Positions 1-8,791 of a stretch of DNA of 33,938 bases are shown here, piece after piece (the stretch's first letter is position 1; each line of letters begins with the position of its first letter). The notes beneath the pieces are model-generated. The model was not told where the DNA came from. It worked only from the letters and a program-made list of their open reading frames with translations, and made no database searches. The DNA lies in the IMG/VR virus record IMGVR_UViG_3300025723_001133, positions 1-33,938 of that record. One strand, 5' to 3'. The translations under genes were made by a program, and so were the position numbers. The stretch comes from a virus. Its lineage: Duplodnaviria > Caudoviricetes.

Positions 1-316
1 GTTCAGCACTATCCATCTTCTCGCCGTACTCGCCAATTTTCTTTTCGTATGCTAAGTAGTGATAAACGCTAGCAATATTAGTAGCGGCAATAGTAATCTT
101 ACTTTGTACCCAAGCTTCTAATTGCTCGTCGTCTTGAATGTGTTCTTGTAGGTTTGTAGCATAGTTAGCTAGTTTAATTAGCTCTTGCTTGGCCATTGCA
201 CCTTCTTGATCGCCGTGGCCCATATCTGTTCCTACTGCGTCCATTCCTGGATCTTCAGCACCCATCTCTGAGTCTGCGCCCATTTCTGGGTCCATATTGT
301 CTAATTCTGCTGGCAT
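1..316 (-). CDS. Hypothetical phage protein, possibly head-associated (partial; runs off the left edge; not in the ORF track)
   Basis: Hand translation from ATG at 316 gives MPAELDNMDPEMGADSEMGAEDPGMDAVGTDMGHGDQEGAMAKQELIKLANYATNLQEHIQDDEQLEAWVQSKITIAATNIASVYHYLAYEKKIGEYGEKMDSAE with no stop. A GGAG SD and a TAAATA motif lie upstream. An acidic Met-rich N-terminus is followed by a helical segment. Confidence 0.8.
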   Translation of the reverse strand, partial: MPAELDNMDPEMGADSEMGAEDPGMDAVGTDMGHGDQEGAMAKQELIKLANYATNLQEHIQDDEQLEAWVQSKITIAATNIASVYHYLAYEKKIGEYGEKMDSAE

Positions 317-339
317 TGGTATACTCCGTTATCTTTATA

Positions 340-345
340 TATTTA
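340..345 (-). promoter_or_regulatory. Putative late promoter core TAAATA
   Basis: Minus strand reads AAAAGACGCTAAATA, 23 nt upstream of the ATG at 316. It resembles the T4 late promoter TATAAATA and overlaps the upstream stop codon. Confidence 0.5.
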
Positions 346-1173
346 GCGTCTTTTGATGACTACTGACTCTTTAGCTTGGCCAAACAAGCTGGCTTTAACA
401 TCTAAGCCGTTTTTTGCTGTACCGTCGCTGTTTTTAGGCTGTACTACTTTAGGTTGCGCTGGCGATTTAGTACCACTTCCTGTGCCAAAACTGCCTGTGT
501 AACTCTTTTTGCCACGTGATTTACCTGGACTTAGTTGCGGTGCATCTACTGTACCGATATTGGCGGCACTGGTTGCTCCTGCACTAGCTGATTCTTTAAT
601 ACCAGCACCATTGGCTTTTTGAACAGCTTGATAAAATGCCTTGGCTTGTTCTTCGGTAGGATTCTTATACATCTGGCTTAGCAAACTATGTGCATCATTC
701 AAATGAGCCACAGCAGGATTTCCTGCACCTGCATTTGCTATGCGCTGAGTGATTTGATCTTGTATTTTAGCAATCGTTTGTGAATCTTTTCCTATGGTAT
801 TTAGAAAACCAGGCAATTTTGCCATAGCCGCACTAGCTATACCTTCATTCTCAACTTCTGAGTTACCAAACGGATGTACTTCAATCCACTTGCCGCCTTG
901 ATTTTGTATCCACTTACCGTGATGATATTTGCTCCTAACAATGCCGTGTACTCTTAATGCAGCCTCTTGCCCATCTCTGAATCCTGCGTTACGTGCAGCA
1001 CGTTCTTCGTGCCCGGCAATCATTCGTTGTTTAAGTCTGCCGTCTTGCGGATCGTATTTGTACCATAAATTAGCTTCATCGCTAGCACCACCACGCAAAT
1101 CATTGCCATCGCTATCGTAATAATTTGTTAGGCTGTTACGTCTGTAACTTTCTTCTAATTCATTAATTTTCAT
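343..1173 (-). CDS. Hypothetical protein, candidate internal head protein
   Basis: 276 aa, starts MKINELEE, has an internal GIKE-SASAGATSAANI segment and a low-complexity G/S/K-rich C-terminus. ATGA overlap with the upstream gene. Confidence 0.75.
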   Translation of the reverse strand: MKINELEESYRRNSLTNYYDSDGNDLRGGASDEANLWYKYDPQDGRLKQRMIAGHEERAARNAGFRDGQEAALRVHGIVRSKYHHGKWIQNQGGKWIEVHPFGNSEVENEGIASAAMAKLPGFLNTIGKDSQTIAKIQDQITQRIANAGAGNPAVAHLNDAHSLLSQMYKNPTEEQAKAFYQAVQKANGAGIKESASAGATSAANIGTVDAPQLSPGKSRGKKSYTGSFGTGSGTKSPAQPKVVQPKNSDGTAKNGLDVKASLFGQAKESVVIKRR

Positions 1174-1487
1174 TTATCTGTTCCTCTCCAACCCTGTCCA
1201 ACCGCCTTCTCTCCCTCCATAAATTTTGGTAAACTGAACCAAAGTTTAAACCATTCAGGAGTTCCAGGTTGGATATTTTGTTCACGTTGTATACGGCCTT
1301 TTTCACTGCCAGTAACACTAATATTACTGCCTTGATTTGCACGGTATTCGTGTAGCCTTGCTTCGCCGCCTAGTCCGCCCATACCTGACAAAATTTTTAA
1401 TTCCTGTATAGGATCATTAGGTGCAAGATAACAATCGTCTGGACTATCTTGATTCAAATCGGCTGATGTTATTTTATATTGTTTCAT
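1170..1487 (-). CDS. Hypothetical phage protein
   Basis: 105 aa, overlaps both neighbours by 4 nt (translational coupling); contains IQPGTPEWFKLWF. Confidence 0.75.
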   Translation of the reverse strand: MKQYKITSADLNQDSPDDCYLAPNDPIQELKILSGMGGLGGEARLHEYRANQGSNISVTGSEKGRIQREQNIQPGTPEWFKLWFSLPKFMEGEKAVGQGWRGTDK

Positions 1488-1924
1488 TTTAAACTCGATC
1501 TTAACATCCAGCTGTGCTTCTTATGTGCATCTTGACGATCTGCTAAAAAATTACTTAGTCCGTGATCACCATTTGCTTCTGCCATATCAAATGTAATGCG
1601 AAAGATTTCTGCCATTTTATCGCTGTCTGCTAATAATTCTTGTAGCATATCGCTCCACATTGGTACTTCATTTTCATCATCTACAGTAGTTAGCATACTA
1701 AATTTTTGTAAACTAGCTGGAGTATATAATTGTAGTGCGCGAAGATGTTCTGCAAATGTATCAATACTTCCATATACTTCTGAGTAGATACGTTCAAACA
1801 GTTCGTGTAGTTGACCAAACAAAGGTCCTTCTACGTTCCAATGAAAATTATGTGCCTTCAAATAAAAGCTAAATTCACTAGCAAATGCTGTTTTTAAAGA
1901 TAGATGATATTTGTTATGTTCCAT
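1484..1924 (-). CDS. dps: Dps family ferritin-like DNA-protection protein
   Basis: 146 aa with HNFHWNVEGPLFGQLHELFE...IDTFAEHLRAL (Dps ferroxidase H/H/D/E signature) and C-terminal HKKHSWMLRS. Confidence 0.93.
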   Translation of the reverse strand: MEHNKYHLSLKTAFASEFSFYLKAHNFHWNVEGPLFGQLHELFERIYSEVYGSIDTFAEHLRALQLYTPASLQKFSMLTTVDDENEVPMWSDMLQELLADSDKMAEIFRITFDMAEANGDHGLSNFLADRQDAHKKHSWMLRSSLK

Positions 1925-2299
1925 TTAAATTCCGTACTTGTTCTTCTTAGGTTTAGCCACAGCACTGATTTTATTACCGCCTTCTGGCTCAGTACTTTTG
2001 CTCCAAGGATTAATTTGATGATGCTCTGTAGGTATAGTCTTACGAGCCTGTTTAAGCATTTTATGTTCCAACTCGGTAAACGGATGAGTAGTCCAATAAG
2101 GCCCCATCCAACTTTCGTGTGGAACATCGATTTTTTTATCTGAACCGTCCATCATACCTACAACCATACCTGTACGATATTGATGATACGTTGGATAGTA
2201 ACCGCCGGGATCACGTTCGATAGCATATCCTTGCTGAACAGAATCGTGATGAGGGTGTGCTTTTCCGGTATGCTCTGTAATAAATTCTTTTGCTCTCAT
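1925..2299 (-). CDS. Hypothetical protein, paralogue of the C-terminal domain of the upstream gene; candidate internal head protein
   Basis: 124 aa, TAATG-coupled to the upstream gene. N-terminus MRAKEFITE resembles the T4 capsid-targeting sequence; ends AKPKKNKYGI. Confidence 0.8.
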   Translation of the reverse strand: MRAKEFITEHTGKAHPHHDSVQQGYAIERDPGGYYPTYHQYRTGMVVGMMDGSDKKIDVPHESWMGPYWTTHPFTELEHKMLKQARKTIPTEHHQINPWSKSTEPEGGNKISAVAKPKKNKYGI

Positions 2300-3573
2300 T
2301 ATATACCGTATCTATTTGTTTTAGGTTTTGCTACTGGACTAACAGTATTAGTACCATCGGGCTCGTTACTAAACTCATCTGTTAAGTGAGTAATAGCGCC
2401 TGCTCCTAGTGATTTAGCTGCATCTTCAACTTTCTTTAATTCTGCGTCAGTGTATGCTGTAATCAATGGATCACCACTCATAGCACCTGCACGTGGCATA
2501 TCTGGGTTAGCCATAGCCATACCAAATCTATATTGCATATAAGGACTACCATTAGCTTTGTTCATACTAATATTAGGAATACTCATAGCATTCTTTAATG
2601 CTTGAATATGCGTATGGTGTAGTTTTTCAGCACCTTTGCCAGCATATGGAACATCGCCTTCTGCTAATTTTTTACGTGTAAATTCTTGTGCTCTCATTTC
2701 TCGTATAACCTTATTAGCATATTTAACTGAATTTTCATATGCGTGTCTTGTATGTACCGCTTGAACATTCTTATCATCGCCGGGTTCTTTATGCTTTGGT
2801 GGTTCTTTGGCTTTTTCTTTTTCAAAGTACTTACGCATTTCTTCTGCGCTAGCTACTTTCTTTTTAACTGAAGTTTTGGATTTTGATAATAAATCCATCA
2901 TACCTTCGGCTGCTACTTTTTCTTTCTTAGGCTTTTTACCAAACGCAGGATCCGCCATACGTTCTCCTGCCTTGTGCATTAGTTCACGTACTTCGTCATC
3001 GCTAAGTTCCGGACTCATAGCATCACGCCAGGCCTGAAAACGTTGTTCTTCGCTAGCACTAGGATCTTTAAGTATATCACGCATTGGAGTAGCACGTGGG
3101 CCTTCCTCTCCGCGACTTGGATCATTTGTTTCTTGACGTGCAATAACATCTAAACGGTCGAATGTAAATGGAATCTCGCCTTGTTTATTTGCTATACCGT
3201 TATAGTGTTTTACATAACTTAAGGCTTTAACTTGATCGGCACCTACTACAACTGTACATTCAGTGTAGCCCATTTCGTTTAACTTGCGTAGTACGCGAGT
3301 TAAGTCGGGCATTTCTTCTGTAGCCACGTGAAATATTTGTCCGTGTTTAGGAAATACTTTGCGGTAGATATTTAATTTTTCTTCCGGATGTAGCGGATCG
3401 TCTTTACCAACAGAGCGACTTAGCACAAAATATGGATCTGCACCAGTCTCATCGGCCTGGGTAATTACACTACTGGCCAACATCATATGACCTTTATGAC
3501 CCATACCGCGGCCCCAGCCTACTACAGCACTTTTACCTTCACCAGTACGATTAAGAAATTCACGCAACTTCAT
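2299..3573 (-). CDS. HxGH (cytidylyltransferase/NMNAT-like, HUP superfamily) nucleotidyltransferase with a C-terminal unknown domain
   Basis: Start re-assigned to ATG at 3573 (MKLREFL); the ORF-track extension overlaps the upstream gene. Motifs VVGWGRGMGHKGH, KDDPLHPEEKL, VVVGADQV and RATPMRD fit the cytidylyltransferase-like fold seen in T4-like phages. Confidence 0.75.
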   Translation of the reverse strand: MKLREFLNRTGEGKSAVVGWGRGMGHKGHMMLASSVITQADETGADPYFVLSRSVGKDDPLHPEEKLNIYRKVFPKHGQIFHVATEEMPDLTRVLRKLNEMGYTECTVVVGADQVKALSYVKHYNGIANKQGEIPFTFDRLDVIARQETNDPSRGEEGPRATPMRDILKDPSASEEQRFQAWRDAMSPELSDDEVRELMHKAGERMADPAFGKKPKKEKVAAEGMMDLLSKSKTSVKKKVASAEEMRKYFEKEKAKEPPKHKEPGDDKNVQAVHTRHAYENSVKYANKVIREMRAQEFTRKKLAEGDVPYAGKGAEKLHHTHIQALKNAMSIPNISMNKANGSPYMQYRFGMAMANPDMPRAGAMSGDPLITAYTDAELKKVEDAAKSLGAGAITHLTDEFSNEPDGTNTVSPVAKPKTNRYGI

Positions 3574-5434
3574 CGTCTTTCCTTGGAGCCCAGTTAGCCT
3601 GGTCAATAGTTTTGACAAACTGTCCAGGCAAGTCATTCTTGAACTTGCCGCCAGGATGCGCTTGTACATAACCTTCTGGTTTAGTTTGACGGATACCGCC
3701 GTGTGTACCGCTACTTAATGCAGCGATTACTTTCATCTTTTCGTGCGTTAGCAATTCAACAGCAGTTAGAATAGCATCTAGCCCAGGATGAGTTAATACT
3801 TTTTGTGCTTGTGTATTACTTAACTTAGCTGTGGCCCATTGCGCGAATTGTTGTTTAACTCCGGCAACACGTAAATTTTGATTAAAGAAACTATACAATA
3901 CATCACCAGGCTTACTTAAACCAGGTTGTCCAGCAACAAAACTATCGATAGCGGCTTTATTTTGTTTAATAAAATCTTCAGCGTGATCTAATCCTGACTC
4001 ATCTACTTGCGGTGCGTGTTCGACATAAGTTGTGCCTTGCACTAGCACATCACCGTTTGATAATTTTTCAGCATTTGGATAACGAGTTTCTTCAGCACCA
4101 ATATGTGTATAGTAGCCAGTTGCGGCAACCATCATCTTTGCGTTAGCAATCTTTTTACCTAATTCGCTACTTGCTGGAATGTGGAAGCTAGTTATATTAG
4201 GAGTAAAATCGTATTCGTGTGTACTAGGATTTAATTGTGCTGGTTGTAATGGGCTGAATAAAACTCCGCCTTCAATAAATCCTGTCTTAGGACTAATCTT
4301 TTCAAACAACGGCCATAAGTCTGCAAGACCTTGTGCAAATGCACGACGTTGATCTTCTTGACCAGGTTTAGTATTTCCAGTTCCTAAAATAAACATAGCA
4401 ACGTCATCTGGATCATTCATTGTAGTACCAACACCACTCTTAGTATGTGTTGTACCACGCTTTAGGTATTCCCAGGCATTCTTTGGAATCATACGGAACT
4501 TGCCGTCTTCATCTCTGCCCCAGTATATAACAGGACTACCATCCCATTTTAATTCAATAGATCCGCCTTTGCTAGTCATATGACGTAGACGTTCAATAGC
4601 GTGTAACCCGCCAGTACTACCATTTGTAAACACTAAGTCTTCAATATGTTGATACTTACGACCTACAGTAGGTTTAGCCGCCGCTTCATTAATTGCGGTT
4701 GGACTAACAGCTTGCCAACTTGCTCCACTACTAGCTTTTTGGAATATTTCATCACGACGAGCTTGATCTGGGATAGCGGCCAAAATACTTTCAACACTAC
4801 CTAAGTCAGTGCCTTTAGCGTGTTTGCCTAATAAATGTTGAGCAATTACATCTAAGTCATCGCTAATAAAATGTGCTTTCTTACCTTCTGCATCGCGTGA
4901 GTACAATCCTTCGTCCGGTGACCATAACATATTTTGACTACTTGCTAGTGCATTCATCATCATCTGTTTGTGTACACCTTTGTATGGACTTCCCGCAGGA
5001 ATATGGTGTGTATGAAACTGAGAAACTCTTTCGGCGTTCTTAACTGCTTTAATATCGACCTGGAAGAATTGATTATTGAAAGGTAATAAAATATGAACTG
5101 TAACACCAGTACGGCGAGTTTTTAAACCTTTAGCCTGTAATTGTTTTTCTAATTCTTGACGTGCTGTCTTAGGATCTTTAATTTTAAATAGATCCATAAT
5201 ACGATCTAGGTCAATCATTACATCTAAATCGCCACTCATCTTTCCAGGAGTAGGAGTTGCCGCACTACCAATAAGGTGTGCCTTTGTTCCTAAGTCAGAT
5301 AGGTATTTGTTTGTTTCTTGTGCTAGGTCTTGTGCGATAGCTTGATCAAAGTGCTCGGACTCTGACCAAATATTTCCACCTTCGTTGATGATTTTTTTGT
5401 TAGGTAGATTAACAAATAACTCTCTTAGTAACAT
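3560..5434 (-). CDS. Two-domain protein: Pol-beta-superfamily nucleotidyltransferase plus KxDG ligase-like (covalent nucleotidyltransferase) domain
   Basis: N-terminal LIGS-x9-SGDLDVMID with a later QVD fits the three-Asp NTase pattern. The C-terminal part has HIEDLVF, LKWDGSP (motif I-like), PEGYV (motif IV-like) and FVK (motif V-like). Confidence 0.7.
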   Translation of the reverse strand: MLLRELFVNLPNKKIINEGGNIWSESEHFDQAIAQDLAQETNKYLSDLGTKAHLIGSAATPTPGKMSGDLDVMIDLDRIMDLFKIKDPKTARQELEKQLQAKGLKTRRTGVTVHILLPFNNQFFQVDIKAVKNAERVSQFHTHHIPAGSPYKGVHKQMMMNALASSQNMLWSPDEGLYSRDAEGKKAHFISDDLDVIAQHLLGKHAKGTDLGSVESILAAIPDQARRDEIFQKASSGASWQAVSPTAINEAAAKPTVGRKYQHIEDLVFTNGSTGGLHAIERLRHMTSKGGSIELKWDGSPVIYWGRDEDGKFRMIPKNAWEYLKRGTTHTKSGVGTTMNDPDDVAMFILGTGNTKPGQEDQRRAFAQGLADLWPLFEKISPKTGFIEGGVLFSPLQPAQLNPSTHEYDFTPNITSFHIPASSELGKKIANAKMMVAATGYYTHIGAEETRYPNAEKLSNGDVLVQGTTYVEHAPQVDESGLDHAEDFIKQNKAAIDSFVAGQPGLSKPGDVLYSFFNQNLRVAGVKQQFAQWATAKLSNTQAQKVLTHPGLDAILTAVELLTHEKMKVIAALSSGTHGGIRQTKPEGYVQAHPGGKFKNDLPGQFVKTIDQANWAPRKDDEVA

Positions 5435-5436
5435 TG

Positions 5437-5808
5437 TTAATCCTTATATTTGCCGTTAGATACGTGGTCTTTAAATTCTTCGTGCAACTTTTCACATATT
5501 TCTTTAAGTAGCTCTTCATCTAATGATGATGGTAATGCTTTAATTGGAAACTTTTTACTATAAATTTTATAACTGCTTTCTACAGCAGGTTTAAAAACAC
5601 CCATTTTAGTTGGGCGTTTTGCCTTAGCATTGTCCAAACATTTTGCTAGACTAGGATATAAATGACGGCGATATACGTCATCGTCATTGTGCATAAAGTG
5701 TATTAAGTCTTCGGCTAAATCAAAGTTAATTTCGTTATTGTCGCCCTTACGGTCAACAAATTTCTTTTCATCGAAATTAAACCCTTCTAATAATTCATTT
5801 ATTCGCAT
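5437..5808 (-). CDS. Hypothetical phage protein, candidate head protein
   Basis: ATG at 5808 (MRINELLE) preferred over TTG at 5814; helical, about 123 aa; first gene after a TAAATA motif. Confidence 0.75.
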   Translation of the reverse strand: MRINELLEGFNFDEKKFVDRKGDNNEINFDLAEDLIHFMHNDDDVYRRHLYPSLAKCLDNAKAKRPTKMGVFKPAVESSYKIYSKKFPIKALPSSLDEELLKEICEKLHEEFKDHVSNGKYKD

Positions 5809-5854
5809 TTTCAAGCCCGTTGTGTATTGTCAGCAGAATACTCTGCAGTTAGAG

Positions 5855-5860
5855 TATTTA
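5855..5860 (-). promoter_or_regulatory. Putative late promoter core TAAATA heading the NTase/Dps block
   Basis: Intergenic AAAAGCGATAAATA on the minus strand, overlapping an 8-bp inverted repeat (5837-5858). Confidence 0.55.
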
Positions 5861-5880
5861 TCGCTTTTGTAATCAACCAA

Positions 5881-6513
5881 CTATGCTTTGATAATGCGTT
5901 CGACTTTAGAAATAGCACCTGCAAGGTGCATTTTAGCCATCAGCAGGTTGTTTTTTCCTGTGATGTAGAAGTGTGTACCGCCCCAACTACGAGGTTTTTG
6001 TAAGTCTCTAATACAACTCTTAGTTAGTTTACAATTCTTATTACTTTCGGCCCAATCAATAAACGCAACGTTAGGCTGTACAGTTTTACCCAATGTAACC
6101 CTATAGTCGTAGTCTGTCTTGGGCATAACAATAGTATCTGTGCTTAACGCAGTAGAATTTGGTGGCACAGATATGTATTTTACATTATCGTGATTTATAT
6201 TTGCTAAAGAATCTATATCAGCTTTACTATTAGAATAAACAGTGACCCACGGAGATTCTACCCTAACATCAATATCTTTTAAGTTGCATAGTATACTTTG
6301 CAAAGCAAAAGCATAGTCTAAATCATCTTTACCTTTGATATAACTAGTGCGCCAACCCGACCGTGTTTGATTTCTAGATAAATCTATTTGTTGTAGCTGG
6401 GCCAGCGCATTGTCCATATCGGCACTACGAAACAACTGCGCACCAGCACACACCAATACAATTTTGTATTGGTATACGCCTTTGAACAGTCGAGTAGTAG
6501 TCTTATACAGCAT
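5881..6513 (-). CDS. Hypothetical phage protein
   Basis: 210-aa ORF overlapping the end of clpA by 11 nt; no motif recognised. Confidence 0.75.
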   Translation of the reverse strand: MLYKTTTRLFKGVYQYKIVLVCAGAQLFRSADMDNALAQLQQIDLSRNQTRSGWRTSYIKGKDDLDYAFALQSILCNLKDIDVRVESPWVTVYSNSKADIDSLANINHDNVKYISVPPNSTALSTDTIVMPKTDYDYRVTLGKTVQPNVAFIDWAESNKNCKLTKSCIRDLQKPRSWGGTHFYITGKNNLLMAKMHLAGAISKVERIIKA

Positions 6514-8791
6514 CTGTTGGCATATCCACTAATGGTGTAACTTGATCAACAGTTAGCAAGGGAACTTTAACTTCTTTTGGAACAGCAACAATTAACAATT
6601 GATCGCCGTCTATTGTAATATTAGCACTACCGCCATTCTTCAATGTGCCAAACAACATCATCTTAGCAAGATTGCGTTTGATTTCCTTGTCAATAACACG
6701 CTGTAAAGGACGGGCGCCCATCTTAGGATCGAAGCCTTTAGTAATCAACCAATCTGTAGCTTCCTTGTTAATTTTGATTTTAACACCTTTGTCTTTAACC
6801 TGTGCCTTAAGTTCATCAATAAACTTAAGAACAATCTTAGTCATTGTTTCTTTAGCCAATTTGTTAAAGGTAATGATACCATCCAATCGGTTACGGAACT
6901 CTGGTGTAAAGAACTTTTTCAAGTCTTTGTCGCTGTATTCTTTTTCTTGAGCACCAAATCCAATAGCATTCTTTTCAGCTTCGTTTGCACCAGCGTTCGT
7001 AGTAAGAATAAGGATTAAGTTACGGCAGTCTGCTTGTTTTCCATTTGAACCGGTAATAAAACCATTGTCCATCATTTGTAGTAATACCGTGCTAACATCT
7101 GGATGCGACTTTTCTACTTCGTCAAACAACAGAACAGCATTTGGGTTCTCTTGAATCTGTGTAATCAATAGGCCAGCATTTTCTTCAAAGCCAACATAAC
7201 CAGGAGGGCTACCAATTAGTTTACTGATGCTATGTTTTTCTTGATACTCACTCATATCAAAACGTAGCAATTTAACACCCAAATGTTTAGCAAGTGCCTT
7301 GGCTGTTTCAGTCTTACCGCAACCCGTTGGACCCATAAACACAAAGCTACCGATAGGTTTATTCTCTGATTTCAAACCAGCCTGTGCAACAATGATCTTA
7401 TCTACTACTTCAGTAAGCGCCAGGTCTTGTCCATAAACTTCTGCTTGTAAGTTATCTTGCAAACTAGCCAAGTTACTTGATTCTGTTTCCATAATCTTTT
7501 CTTCTGGCATCTGAATCATCTTAGCAAGTTCGTATTGAATTTCACGTTCGCCGATAGTACGCTCATCTGCAATCTTTAAGTTAAAGCGTGAGCAAGCAAC
7601 GTCAATTAAGTCAATTGCCTTGTCTGGCAATTTCTTATCTGTTTGATATTTAACTGACAATTTAACAGCCGCTTGTAGTGCATCGTCACGAATTTTAACA
7701 TTGTGGAATCCTTCGTAGTATTTCTTAATACCTTTAAGGATTTGTAATGCCATTTCTTGGGTAGGCTCGTCAACAGTGATGCGTTGGAAACGGCGCATCA
7801 ACGCACGATCCTTTTCAAAGTGTTTGCGATACTCTTCCCAGGTAGTACTGGCCACAACTTTAATGTTGCCTTTGCTTAGAGCCGGTTTCATCATATTAGC
7901 GAGATCGTTAGCAGAGTTGCTAGCAGATCCTGCGCCAGAAATCATATGTGCTTCGTCGATGAACAGCACAGTCTTACCTTTCTTACTTAGACCTTTTAGA
8001 ACCATCTTAAAACGTTCTTCAAAGTCACCGCGGTATTTGCTACCAGCAAGCATAGCTGAAATATCTAAACTGTAAACTTTGTATTCTTTTAGGAACTCTG
8101 GAACAGCACCGTTTACAATATTATAAGCCAATCCTTCTGCAATAGCTGTTTTACCAACACCAGGGTCGCCGACAAGGATCACGTTATTCTTACTACGACG
8201 GCCTAAAGCTAGTGCAACATTTTCTAATTCGTCTATGCGGCCGATAACTGGGTCAACTTTCTTTTTAGCAACTTCATCATTTAAGTTTGTAGTAAATGCT
8301 TTTAGAGCACGTTCACCTTGGCCGTCTGCTGGTCCTTGCTGATCTTCTTCTATAGCATCTGCATTGTTTGTAATGAAGTCGTTAAATTTATCTTTGTCAA
8401 TTTCTTGCTTGCTGATGAAATAAAACGCCCAACTACGTTTTTCTCCAAACATACTTAGGAAGATATCAGCTGCTTCAATTTGTTGACGTCCATTAAATAG
8501 GACCTGGGTGAACGCACGATTAAGTACACGTTCAACCGCTTGTGTCTTTTTAGGTTTAACTACTACATCTGGTATAGTAATTTCACCGCATTTATTTTGT
8601 AAGTAATCTGCTAAGTCTTGTTTTAAATTTGCAGGATTTGCTCCAAACCCTTCTAACGCATTATTAAAGTGCTCGTCAGAGAGCATACCAAATAACAAGT
8701 GTTCGATTGTTAAGTACTCGTGATGTAATTTTTTAGCGGACTCGATTGCTCGTTCAAATACCGCTTGTAGATTGTCACTTGGTTCGACCAT
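6503..8791 (-). CDS. clpA: ATP-dependent Clp protease ATP-binding subunit, ClpA-like
   Basis: Clp N-domain (HEYLTIEHLL), two AAA+ modules (GDPGVGKT/LFIDEAH and GPTGCGKT/LLFDEVEK), pore loops KYRG and GYVG, and an IGF ClpP-docking loop. It lacks the long ClpB middle domain. Confidence 0.92.
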   Translation of the reverse strand: MVEPSDNLQAVFERAIESAKKLHHEYLTIEHLLFGMLSDEHFNNALEGFGANPANLKQDLADYLQNKCGEITIPDVVVKPKKTQAVERVLNRAFTQVLFNGRQQIEAADIFLSMFGEKRSWAFYFISKQEIDKDKFNDFITNNADAIEEDQQGPADGQGERALKAFTTNLNDEVAKKKVDPVIGRIDELENVALALGRRSKNNVILVGDPGVGKTAIAEGLAYNIVNGAVPEFLKEYKVYSLDISAMLAGSKYRGDFEERFKMVLKGLSKKGKTVLFIDEAHMISGAGSASNSANDLANMMKPALSKGNIKVVASTTWEEYRKHFEKDRALMRRFQRITVDEPTQEMALQILKGIKKYYEGFHNVKIRDDALQAAVKLSVKYQTDKKLPDKAIDLIDVACSRFNLKIADERTIGEREIQYELAKMIQMPEEKIMETESSNLASLQDNLQAEVYGQDLALTEVVDKIIVAQAGLKSENKPIGSFVFMGPTGCGKTETAKALAKHLGVKLLRFDMSEYQEKHSISKLIGSPPGYVGFEENAGLLITQIQENPNAVLLFDEVEKSHPDVSTVLLQMMDNGFITGSNGKQADCRNLILILTTNAGANEAEKNAIGFGAQEKEYSDKDLKKFFTPEFRNRLDGIITFNKLAKETMTKIVLKFIDELKAQVKDKGVKIKINKEATDWLITKGFDPKMGARPLQRVIDKEIKRNLAKMMLFGTLKNGGSANITIDGDQLLIVAVPKEVKVPLLTVDQVTPLVDMPTDAV

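Noticed and set aside
3574-3669. Longer ORF-track starts (3669, 5814, 15734, 17527, 29297, 29532) and the internal TTG start at 33534
   Set aside because: Most extensions overlap upstream genes, while the downstream ATGs fit coupling, SD or motif evidence. The frame at 33534 stays open to the window edge, so that TTG is internal.
4700-5380. Specific call of the Pol-beta-type domain as a cGAS/CD-NTase or CCA-adding enzyme
   Set aside because: Only the generic GS/DxD/D motifs are visible, so the family cannot be assigned without profile or structure comparison.
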